IMG/VR virus record: IMGVR_UViG_3300028145_000137 | Coordinates: 1-46,304 of that record | DNA length: 46,304 bases | Reading direction: 5' to 3' (one strand) | Source of the DNA: a virus | Taxonomy: Duplodnaviria; Caudoviricetes | Shown: in pieces, positions 26,965 to 34,462 of the stretch | Layout: each line of letters begins with the position of its first letter | How positions within the stretch are numbered: position 1 is the first letter of the stretch | Program-made: the position numbers and the translations under genes | Notes under the pieces: model-generated | Databases searched by the model: none | Seen by the model: the letters and a program-made list of their open reading frames with translations, nothing else | Told to the model about the DNA's origin: nothing

Positions 26965-27287
26965 GCCAATCCCTATTACGAACTTGGTGGGGGATGATAA
27001 ACATCGACAATGAGCTGGCCGGCAACCCACCGATTGCTGACGATGCTGTGATACTTCACTTTTCAGGTAGCGGGGCATCCTGCTTTTTGACGAAGAAAGA
27101 TCTTGATAACGCCATCGAAGAGAGCGCGGCTCTGGAAAAGGACGCGGAGCGATATCGCTACCTGCGAGACGCTGCCGGACCGGAGCTGTGCGTTGTGCAG
27201 ACTAGAGAGCGACAGCCCTTGTATGACGCATTGCTTGATGCTTCTATCGATGCCGCTCTCGCCGACGAGAAAGAGCAAGCAAAGTGA
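26961..27287 (+). CDS. Hypothetical protein with an Ead/Ea22-like DAERYRYLR tail
   Basis: LEKDAERYRYLRD...LDASIDAAL; ATGA coupling. Confidence 0.6.
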   Translation: MSQSLLRTWWGMINIDNELAGNPPIADDAVILHFSGSGASCFLTKKDLDNAIEESAALEKDAERYRYLRDAAGPELCVVQTRERQPLYDALLDASIDAALADEKEQAK

Positions 27288-27454
27288 AAATCCTCCTAGT
27301 GTGTTTCGCTGTCGCGGTTTTAATCCTCGTGACTTTCGCAGGGTGCGAGGAGATTGAGCGCCGCGCATGGCTCCATGGCCATCAGTGCCACACATACGAT
27401 GACAGGATGTATAAATGCGAAGCACCGACACCGACGTGGTGGCTTCGAAGGTGA
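27284..27454 (+). CDS. Small lipoprotein (56 aa); absent from the ORF track
   Basis: GTG start overlaps the upstream TGA. MKILLVCFAVAVLILVTFAG-C lipobox, plus two further Cys in the mature part. Confidence 0.6.
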   Translation: MKILLVCFAVAVLILVTFAGCEEIERRAWLHGHQCHTYDDRMYKCEAPTPTWWLRR

Positions 27455-27459
27455 TGCCC

Positions 27460-27583
27460 CTATTACAGAAGCTGTAGCTCAGCCTGGGGGAGAGCGTGGT
27501 GAAGTGGAACCTCTGTAGGTGCACTACAAGTTTCCGTAAGTAGCCAAGGTCGCTGGTTCAAATCCAGCCAGCTTCTGTAATAG
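27460..27583 (+). ncRNA. tRNA-like RNA with extended acceptor stem and no canonical anticodon arm
   Basis: Acceptor GAAGCTG/CAGCTTC, TA, D arm GCTC-AGCCTGGGGGA-GAGC, variable AGGTC, T arm GCTGG-TTCAAAT-CCAGC. There are 50 nt instead of 17 in the anticodon arm. Intergenic. Confidence 0.75.
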
Positions 27584-27646
27584 AAGGGGATGATGCAGGT
27601 AGTAGGTGGACGAGGGGTGATGTACGACAAATGGAGGAGAGGGAAA

Positions 27647-27964
27647 ATGAGAGAGAAGGCTACTAGAGAGTTGCAGGACACGATGGAGACGATGGAGACG
27701 ATGGGTGAGTTGGATGCGTTGCTGACTGCGGCATTTGTGCCGAATGATGCGTTTCTGCGTTCGCGAGAGGTGGATTTGATGCAGGTTGTGCTTCCCCTAC
27801 CGCCAATGCCACAGATTGCCCCTCTTTGGGGGAGGGTGTCCTACGTGGAAATGTCTATCAAGTCTGAAAGGTGTTGTGGCCTCTGCGGTGCGCCGGAGAG
27901 TAAGTGGGACTCGGCTTGCCGCGAATACATGATGTTCAATGATTCGAACCCATGGCCTGGTTGA
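27647..27964 (+). CDS. Hypothetical protein with a C-terminal Cys cluster
   Basis: GGAGGAG RBS; CCGLCG...C. Confidence 0.45.
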   Translation: MREKATRELQDTMETMETMGELDALLTAAFVPNDAFLRSREVDLMQVVLPLPPMPQIAPLWGRVSYVEMSIKSERCCGLCGAPESKWDSACREYMMFNDSNPWPG

Positions 27965-28210
27965 CCCTTTCATGCAGAGCAGGAGAGCATGCACAAAACA
28001 CACCGACAGCAGCATTTCGACACAGACGTCAGCCAAATGGTTAGGCCGGATGCCGGCTGACAACTGTGGGTGCGTAGGGGGCTGTCGGTGGCTACAACCT
28101 CTGCGCACTCCTCCAAAAGACAATGCGCCGTGGCATTGATAATTCGGTCACACGGCATTCGCCTGCGTCGCAGGCCCATGCAATATAACGAGATGAAGGA
28201 GGGTAGCAGA

Positions 28211-28681
28211 ATGAAGAAGCCACTAAGTATGTTGATGGACATCCCGAAGGAGGACCTACCATTCACTGTGGAGCAGATTGCGAAGCATGCATCCAATCCC
28301 GCATTGATGGCGATGGCGAGAGCGTTGCTGGAGCACAAGGCGTACATACAGTTTTCGAAGTATGAAATTATGGCGGCCGTGTTGCATGATCTTTATGTAT
28401 TTCAGGAGGCGGCGAAGGCGAAACTGAGATTAAGTGAGCCGCAATCAGCAGATAAGGAACTGAGTGAGAAGCTGCGTGACATTGCGCAAGCGCTTTCTAC
28501 GTACCTCAACCCGGGGGATGAACCCGCAACAGGCTTCGTGCTGTTGGTGTTTCCTGTAGGAGAGGGAGAGGCGCGATGCCAGATGGCGGCGAATGTGACG
28601 AAGCAAGATGTAGCGGCGACGCTGAAGAACATCCTCTCGCAGATGGCGGAGCGTGGGGCGCAGAGCAACACGGTGCAGTAG
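28211..28681 (+). CDS. Hypothetical protein
   Basis: AGGAGG RBS; C-terminal TGFVLLVFPVGE..RCQMAAN..DV domain. Confidence 0.6.
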   Translation: MKKPLSMLMDIPKEDLPFTVEQIAKHASNPALMAMARALLEHKAYIQFSKYEIMAAVLHDLYVFQEAAKAKLRLSEPQSADKELSEKLRDIAQALSTYLNPGDEPATGFVLLVFPVGEGEARCQMAANVTKQDVAATLKNILSQMAERGAQSNTVQ

Positions 28682-28688
28682 GGCGGCA

Positions 28689-28859
28689 ATGATGCGTGCG
28701 CGTACGTTATCTAAACCAAGGCTGGCGTATAGGCATGGTTGCTGGTGGTGCCAGACACGTGATGGAATGAATGGCACGCTTGGGTGGGGGAGCACTGCCA
28801 AGAGTGCGTACTTAATGTGGCGTGTGCATTCAATCGTAGCTCACCGAAGAGTCGACTAA
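28689..28859 (+). CDS. Small phage protein
   Basis: KPRL....G.WWC.......GWGSTAKSAY..W pattern. Confidence 0.5.
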   Translation: MMRARTLSKPRLAYRHGCWWCQTRDGMNGTLGWGSTAKSAYLMWRVHSIVAHRRVD

Positions 28860-28883
28860 AGCTGCATACAGGAGGAGAGCGCA

Positions 28884-30071
28884 ATGCCAACAAAAGTACC
28901 CGCCGAGGGGCCATCCAACGCCCGCATCATGATTGTCGGTGAAGCACCCGGTGCGCAGGAAGTGGAGCAGGGGCGCCCCTTCGTGGGTGCAAGCGGGCAA
29001 CTCCTCTTCAGCAATGGAAGTGGCGGGTTCGAGGCTGGAATGATGGCGAAGGCTGGCATACGGCGCGCAGAGTGCTTTGTCACAAATGTGTGCAAGTACC
29101 AGCCGCCTGGAAATGACATGGAGGTGTGGTTGACGGACAAGAAGAAGAATGCTGCGAGGGATGGGCTCCAACATTTTCGGCATGGGCGATGGTATAACGA
29201 TCTGGTGCAGGAAGGGCTCCATGAGCTGGAGGATGAGATTGAGCAAGTGCACCCGGAGGTCATTCTAGCGTTCGGCAATACTGCGCTGTGGGCGCTCACA
29301 GGAGAATGGAGTGTCTCGAAGTGGCGAGGGAGTGAGTTGTGGTATACGGGGGCGACGTATGGACCCGTACCCCTAATCCCGACATTGCACCCTGCATCGG
29401 TGCTGCGCCAGTATTCGGAGCGCGCCATCGTTGAACTGGATATTGCGAAGCGTGCTGTGGGGAAGATGGCTACGCCGGACGCGCGCAGAGAGCCGCAGTG
29501 GCGATTCCAGCACACACCCACATTCGAGGAGGCGTGCGCATGCTTAGAGCGCCTGACGGGCCTGGGGACTCCCCCATGGCTCTCCGTGGACATAGAGACG
29601 AAGTGGGAACGGATCGCATGCGTAGGCTTCGCGTGGAGTGATGTGGATGCGATCTGTATTCCGCTCATGCATGTGCGAGGGGCGAGGTGGTGGACTGTCG
29701 AAGAAGAGGCGCACATATGCATGCTCATGAAGAGGGTGCTGCTGCATCCACATATACGTGTGCTGGGCCAGAACATCAACTATGACAGGCAGTACATCAA
29801 GGCTGATGCATGCCTGGGAGTGGATGTGCCTGTCGCATTCGATACGGGCATTGCGCAGCACCTCCTCTATCCGGGCACACCCAAAGATCTTGCGCGCCTG
29901 GCGTCCATCTACTGTCCTTGGTATGTGTACTGGAAGGATGAGGGGCAGGGACTGGAGGACGATACAGATGAGGAACGTTGGTGGTTTTATAATTGCCGCG
30001 ATACAACAGCCACATACGCGGTGGCGATGTTGCAGATGGATGCGCTAAGGAGGGCTGGGCTATGGAAATGA
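28884..30071 (+). CDS. Uracil-DNA-glycosylase-like domain fused to a 3'-5' exonuclease (N-terminal half of a split family-A DNA polymerase)
   Basis: UDG family-4-like IMIVGEAPGAQE..QGRPFVGASG, VTNVCK, PTLHPA. ExoI SVDIET, ExoII QNINYD, ExoIII YNCRD. Confidence 0.9.
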   Translation: MPTKVPAEGPSNARIMIVGEAPGAQEVEQGRPFVGASGQLLFSNGSGGFEAGMMAKAGIRRAECFVTNVCKYQPPGNDMEVWLTDKKKNAARDGLQHFRHGRWYNDLVQEGLHELEDEIEQVHPEVILAFGNTALWALTGEWSVSKWRGSELWYTGATYGPVPLIPTLHPASVLRQYSERAIVELDIAKRAVGKMATPDARREPQWRFQHTPTFEEACACLERLTGLGTPPWLSVDIETKWERIACVGFAWSDVDAICIPLMHVRGARWWTVEEEAHICMLMKRVLLHPHIRVLGQNINYDRQYIKADACLGVDVPVAFDTGIAQHLLYPGTPKDLARLASIYCPWYVYWKDEGQGLEDDTDEERWWFYNCRDTTATYAVAMLQMDALRRAGLWK

Positions 30072-30316
30072 TGGATAAGGAGGAGCGCAATCGCGCACTT
30101 ACTGAGTTAGACACGGAGTGGGCACGCACTGTGATGCCTTACGCGAGTAGTGATTATGTTCGGTTGGTAGCCCTGCACAAAGCACGATACGAATGCGTAG
30201 ATATCGAAACGCGCCTGCGGCTCGCAAGCGGAGATTGGCTGCGATGTCGGGGCTTTAAACGGATCGGTGGTAAGGAATTGCTGCCTGTAGGTGTGCTGCC
30301 GGAGGATGTATGCTAA
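30062..30316 (+). CDS. Hypothetical protein between the polymerase halves
   Basis: AAGGAGG RBS; LVALHKARYE...SGDWL..RG. Confidence 0.65.
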   Translation: MEMMDKEERNRALTELDTEWARTVMPYASSDYVRLVALHKARYECVDIETRLRLASGDWLRCRGFKRIGGKELLPVGVLPEDVC

Positions 30317-30552
30317 TGATGGAGATGAGTGTGGATGCAAGGAAGCTGGGCGCCGAGTTCAAGCGGATTAGGTTGTCCTTGGGGCTGACATTGGATGTAG
30401 TCGCTACTCGGGTAGGCACCACCAAGAGTTCCATATGGGGATTGGAGCATGGGACCAACGATCCATCTATTACGCGGTGTTGCAAGGTCGCAAATGCTTT
30501 AGGGACCGATCTATGGCGGATTCTGCGAGATATGGAAGGCAGGAAAGAATGA
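30310..30552 (+). CDS. XRE/Cro-family HTH transcriptional regulator
   Basis: FKRIRLSLGLTLDVVATRVGTTKSSIWGLEHGTNDPSI...VANALG. Confidence 0.9.
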   Translation: MLMMEMSVDARKLGAEFKRIRLSLGLTLDVVATRVGTTKSSIWGLEHGTNDPSITRCCKVANALGTDLWRILRDMEGRKE

Positions 30553-30752
30553 ATATGCCGTCCATTCCAAAACTACGACTTATCTACTGCACTAAGTGTG
30601 GGTGGGTATCTTCGCACAATGCAGCACACGTAGGAATGGTGAATGAATGTCCGTGGTGCTGCAATTCATTGTCGTTTGCCGAGTGCGAATGTGAGTTGCT
30701 CACGCTTGTCGACGAGCTGGGCTTTGACATCCGTTTTGTGGAGAAGATGTGA
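30549..30752 (+). CDS. Small Zn-ribbon protein
   Basis: CTKCG...CPWC; ATGA and GTGA coupling. Confidence 0.55.
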   Translation: MNMPSIPKLRLIYCTKCGWVSSHNAAHVGMVNECPWCCNSLSFAECECELLTLVDELGFDIRFVEKM

Positions 30753-32095
30753 TGGACCAATCTCACCCCAGCGAGCCGTTCCCCTATCCTAGCGGGTCCG
30801 TAGATGCGCGTCAACCCATCCCTGCAAGCCTGTTCGACATCCAACTCCGCGTCGCCGATGTCGCCTACAACATGATGAAGCGCGGTGTGCAGACCGATCG
30901 GAAGCGTGTGCAGGCCCTGAAGCGCGAAGTCGCAGCAATGATGGAGGAACGCCGACGCATCGTCGAAGAGGTACTAGGCCGCCCCCTGGAGTGCAACAAA
31001 GCCGGCCACCTTGCGTTCTTCAACTCCAACCCGCAGATGCATTCCTTCTTCACAGCACGCGGCATGAAGGGGAAGGCAAAGCGCGGCGCGAAGAAGCTCT
31101 CGTATGATGACGACGCACTTCACACATTGGGCAAGAAGGACCCTGCGCTTGCGTCCTTCTGCAATGCTGTCATCGAGTACCGAAGTCTTGGCGACGCGCT
31201 CTCCACATTCCTGCTTGCAGAATGCGAGCCCGGCGGCCGCCTACGCACCTCCTTCAATACTGCCTCAGCAGAAACCTTCCGCTGGACATCCTCCACCAAC
31301 CCTTTCTATCGTGGCTGCAACATCCAGAATGTTGGAGGCGCAGTCCATAAGACCACAGCCTGCCCGCTGCCCAACTATCGCCAAGCCATTATCCCGGATG
31401 AGGGAATGATGCTACTGGAGCCTGATCTCAAAGGAGCCGACGCGCAAGTCGTCGCATGGGACAGTGGCGACGCAGTCTTGAAGGATATGTGCAAGCAAGG
31501 GGTCAAGATCGCAGCCGAGCGCGCGAAGATGATCTTCAATGGGGATGCAGGGCCGGACGGCCGACGTGAGCCCTACTATACGAACGCGAAGTCGGCAGGG
31601 CATGGCTGGACATACGGAGGCAAGGCGCGCACCCTGGCCGCCGTGTGCGGCATCACGCAGCATGAGATGGATAAGGTACTGAAGAAGCTCGCGGGCATTC
31701 ATCCAGGCATCCCAAGGTGGCATCGCCGCGTTGAGGGGCAACTTGAAGCCACCCGCACCATCACGAATGCGTTCGGTTATCGGGTCGTCTACTTCGGACG
31801 GGTTGCGGACTCCCTCACGAAGGCGCTTGCGTGGATAGGACAAGGGACAGTCGCATGCGTCATCAATCGAGTGCTGATTGCAATGGAGGATGATGTGCCG
31901 GCAGTGGAGCTACTCATCAACAATCATGATTCGTTCGTGGGGCAGGTAAGGCCTGATGAGTGGGCGCGCGTGAAGCCCCTTGTGCGCGGCGTATACACAA
32001 GCGTCGTGGTGCCATACGCGGAGCCGCTGATAATCCCACCTGCACTCAAAGTATCGACGAAGTCGTGGGGCGATATGCAAGAGGAGGGGTGGTGA
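30749..32095 (+). CDS. polA: Family-A DNA polymerase, polymerase domain only
   Basis: MMKRGV, FNSNPQ, ETFRWTS, NIQN, motif A DLKGADAQVVA, motif B AKSAGHGWTYG, motif C NHDS. Confidence 0.9.
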   Translation: MMDQSHPSEPFPYPSGSVDARQPIPASLFDIQLRVADVAYNMMKRGVQTDRKRVQALKREVAAMMEERRRIVEEVLGRPLECNKAGHLAFFNSNPQMHSFFTARGMKGKAKRGAKKLSYDDDALHTLGKKDPALASFCNAVIEYRSLGDALSTFLLAECEPGGRLRTSFNTASAETFRWTSSTNPFYRGCNIQNVGGAVHKTTACPLPNYRQAIIPDEGMMLLEPDLKGADAQVVAWDSGDAVLKDMCKQGVKIAAERAKMIFNGDAGPDGRREPYYTNAKSAGHGWTYGGKARTLAAVCGITQHEMDKVLKKLAGIHPGIPRWHRRVEGQLEATRTITNAFGYRVVYFGRVADSLTKALAWIGQGTVACVINRVLIAMEDDVPAVELLINNHDSFVGQVRPDEWARVKPLVRGVYTSVVVPYAEPLIIPPALKVSTKSWGDMQEEGW

Positions 32096-32150
32096 TGCTG
32101 CGCCATTCTACGTATGCACGTGTAAGACCAACAAAGGAGGATGATTAAGA

Positions 32151-32339
32151 ATGAAGATCTCCACATACATAATCGTAATCCAGTACGGCGCCGGATATGT
32201 CCACATCGGAGGAACTTATGAGAACCGCGCTGAGGCTATCCGCGTTGCCAAGGCTTCCCAGGACGTCCACGACCGAAGGTACAAAGGAGGAGAAAAGGTT
32301 GAAGTGCATGTATTCAAGAAGGAGAATGAAGATGGATGA
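32151..32339 (+). CDS. Hypothetical protein
   Basis: AAGGAGG upstream; 62 aa. Confidence 0.5.
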   Translation: MKISTYIIVIQYGAGYVHIGGTYENRAEAIRVAKASQDVHDRRYKGGEKVEVHVFKKENEDG

Positions 32340-32520
32340 GACAAAGCTAAGGGAGGCTGCGCCGGCCGGCCCCACAACAGAAGCCATGAAGTGGGTGGTG
32401 CTTATCGTGGGCGGGCTGCTGACAATCCTGGTGATGGGGATATTCTTCCTCACACATCATATTGATGGCGCGCTACGGCGCTTCGTGGCATGGATGGACA
32501 ACGAGGGGAGACCAAAATGA
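32332..32520 (+). CDS. Single-TM membrane protein
   Basis: WVVLIVGGLLTILVMGIFFL; AGGAG RBS. Confidence 0.55.
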   Translation: MDETKLREAAPAGPTTEAMKWVVLIVGGLLTILVMGIFFLTHHIDGALRRFVAWMDNEGRPK

Positions 32521-32726
32521 AGGACACATGTGTATATGGGCATGGCGAGGAGACAGACCGCCGATGCGAGGCGCTTGCTTCTGTCGTGCGCGACATGCAG
32601 GGCTTCATGCCAATACGTTTTAGGGAGCGCGAAGGGTCGAATGGTCAAGCATGGTGGAAATTGCGGACGAAGAAGATTGTGGGGCGTGAGCGGGCTGATG
32701 GAGACACGGGGGCGGAGGATCTGTAG
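32517..32726 (+). CDS. Hypothetical protein
   Basis: GGAG RBS; ATGA coupling. Confidence 0.45.
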   Translation: MKDTCVYGHGEETDRRCEALASVVRDMQGFMPIRFREREGSNGQAWWKLRTKKIVGRERADGDTGAEDL

Positions 32727-32987
32727 ATGAAAACAAAAGACACACCAGGATTTGGGCTAGCGCCTGTAAAGCAGCAGGGTGCTACGGTATCCTACACAGG
32801 CAGCGCAGACAGTACGGAACCACTCGATCTGGCTGATCGCCACAACGAAGGCGATATCGAAATTATCGATGGCGAGCTTTGTGTGTGGTACGACAGTGGA
32901 GCGACGTACATCAGTATCCCACTCGACCGTGTGAAGGAACTCCTACAATCCCACGCCAACGAACCAACCGTTGATGAAGGTGAATAG
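32727..32987 (+). CDS. Small acidic protein with an N-terminal copy of a major-capsid segment
   Basis: GGAGG RBS; FGLAPVKQQGATVSY versus capsid FGLAPVKAQGAQITY. Confidence 0.65.
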   Translation: MKTKDTPGFGLAPVKQQGATVSYTGSADSTEPLDLADRHNEGDIEIIDGELCVWYDSGATYISIPLDRVKELLQSHANEPTVDEGE

Positions 32988-32989
32988 GC

Positions 32990-33247
32990 ATGAAACTCGG
33001 CCAAGAAATCGAACGCGCTATACGCTCAACAATCGATGCAGCAGAGGCGCGTATTCGAGCGCGTGTCTATCGCGCACGGTTGCGACTATATCTGGGGGTG
33101 CGTGACAAATGCTGCGGCCAGTGCCGACAAGAGATAACCATGCAGATGGATGAAGAAATTCTGAAGCATGGGGAGCGCACCGGCGAGTGGCCTACGTGGA
33201 AGCAGATAGAGGGGCTGAAGCGGTTAAATGGGGATGGGGACCTCTAG
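32990..33247 (+). CDS. Hypothetical protein, last plus-strand gene
   Basis: 85 aa; its stop overlaps the convergent endolysin stop. Confidence 0.5.
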   Translation: MKLGQEIERAIRSTIDAAEARIRARVYRARLRLYLGVRDKCCGQCRQEITMQMDEEILKHGERTGEWPTWKQIEGLKRLNGDGDL

Positions 33248-33660
33248 GCGAGCAGCAGCACACGCTCAGCCTCCCTGCGAGCAACCAGGCCAGGAAGCTT
33301 GCGCCCGCCGGCAAAGACCCACTTGCGCAATTCATCCGCTGCGCCTTGCCAATCAGCACGGTTGAGGCGACGTCGGAGGGTGGATGCTGCAAGGCGGCTC
33401 GCGCCGAGGTTGAAAGTGAAATCAGCAATAGCCTCAAGGCGTCGCCCCTCTAGCCTAGGGCAAAGACGCAGCGTTGCACGCATGGCTATCTCCCAATCCA
33501 CCGCAAGGCGCGCTTCAGCTTCGGGTGCTGTGATACGCATCCCCTTATGCACCCCATGGATGGAGCCGTATCCAATAGTAAGGATACCAACTGGGTCGCG
33601 ATACGCCACAAGGCGCAGCCCCTCGAAGTGGCGCACGAGCGCTTTGCCTTCGTTGGCCAT
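33244..33660 (-). CDS. Endolysin, GH24 (T4-like) lysozyme
   Basis: HFEGLRLVAYRDPVGILTIGYG (E-X8-D-X5-T triad), FTFNLG, STLRRRLN, WVFAGGRKLPGLVARREAE. Confidence 0.95.
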   Translation of the reverse strand: MANEGKALVRHFEGLRLVAYRDPVGILTIGYGSIHGVHKGMRITAPEAEARLAVDWEIAMRATLRLCPRLEGRRLEAIADFTFNLGASRLAASTLRRRLNRADWQGAADELRKWVFAGGRKLPGLVARREAERVLLLA

Positions 33661-34139
33661 CACTGCGTCTTCTGTTTGTCAAAGATACGATTGAGGAAGA
33701 AGAAATTCAGGCACCCCGAAAGCATAGCTTCATCTTCGGGTCCGTACGACATCTGTAGTATTGTGGGGATGGCAATGCCACTGTGATGTAGTGAGTACAT
33801 CGTAGCGCATTTCGCGCCGACATACAAAAACAGCAAGATGTACGTCGCAAATGGGCGGACAGTTTGATTAACGGCGTCCACCCACTTCACACCTGTAAGC
33901 TGGCTCTGCCCTTTGATGCCCTCCATGAGTGCAGCAAGTCCACCCGTAATACGCGCAGTGTCCTGCACTTGTGCACCCTCAGCTAGAGCCTGCGCACCTT
34001 TCTGCTTATCGGCCTCTAGTTGCTTGTCGAACATCGCCAGCTCATGCTTGCGCTCATCCTTCTTATCCAAGATAGTCATGACTTCGGGCGCCAAGCGCAG
34101 AAGTCCACCCAATAGTCCGCCGAGCAAAGTTTCGATCAA
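33660..34139 (-). CDS. Holin-like membrane protein (3TM / gene-transfer-release type)
   Basis: TTG start with AGGAGG. LLGGLLRLAPEV...DERKHELAM, WVDAVNQTVRPFATY, NFFFLNR. Adjacent to the endolysin. Confidence 0.7.
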   Translation of the reverse strand: MIETLLGGLLGGLLRLAPEVMTILDKKDERKHELAMFDKQLEADKQKGAQALAEGAQVQDTARITGGLAALMEGIKGQSQLTGVKWVDAVNQTVRPFATYILLFLYVGAKCATMYSLHHSGIAIPTILQMSYGPEDEAMLSGCLNFFFLNRIFDKQKTQ

Positions 34140-34148
34140 GGTATCCTC

Positions 34149-34430
34149 CTATGGCTTCCTCAGTTGATGAACATCCCGCCGCAACTCCTTAATCTCCTCC
34201 CGCAGTTGCTTTGTCTGCTCTAGCAGTTGGGGATAGATCAAGTTGACGGTCATTGCTTCCTTCTCCTTCAGCACTTCTACATCCTCCTTCAACTTCGCGA
34301 CCGATGTGCCGAGCCCCACCCCCCACGAGCCAATAAACCCCAGCACCCCCGTCGCGAAGATAGTGATAGCCGCCTTGAGGGCACTGACTGCCCAATTGGA
34401 TCGATCTGTGGTTCGGCGCTTCGGGGCCAT
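34149..34430 (-). CDS. Single-TM coiled-coil protein of the lysis region
   Basis: RRTTD, a hydrophobic segment, then a heptad-rich C-terminus. Confidence 0.6.
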   Translation of the reverse strand: MAPKRRTTDRSNWAVSALKAAITIFATGVLGFIGSWGVGLGTSVAKLKEDVEVLKEKEAMTVNLIYPQLLEQTKQLREEIKELRRDVHQLRKP

Positions 34431-34462
34431 AGGATTGCTCCTTTCATTGCTGCATCTGTTGA

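Noticed and set aside
27468-27576. Ordinary or intron-containing tRNA gene
   Set aside because: No 5-bp stem with a 7-nt loop and U33 can be formed or restored, so no anticodon can be assigned. Reported as a tRNA-like ncRNA instead.
27680-27704. 9-bp tandem repeat ACGATGGAG, about 3 copies
   Set aside because: A short in-frame slippage (TMETMETM) with no sign of function.
30310-30552. Lysogeny module
   Set aside because: A lone XRE HTH gene with no integrase, partition genes or divergent cI/cro pair.
30072-30748. Group I/II intron or intein in the polymerase
   Set aside because: The gap is filled by three coupled ORFs with RBSs. No intron core, homing nuclease or intein terminal residues are evident.
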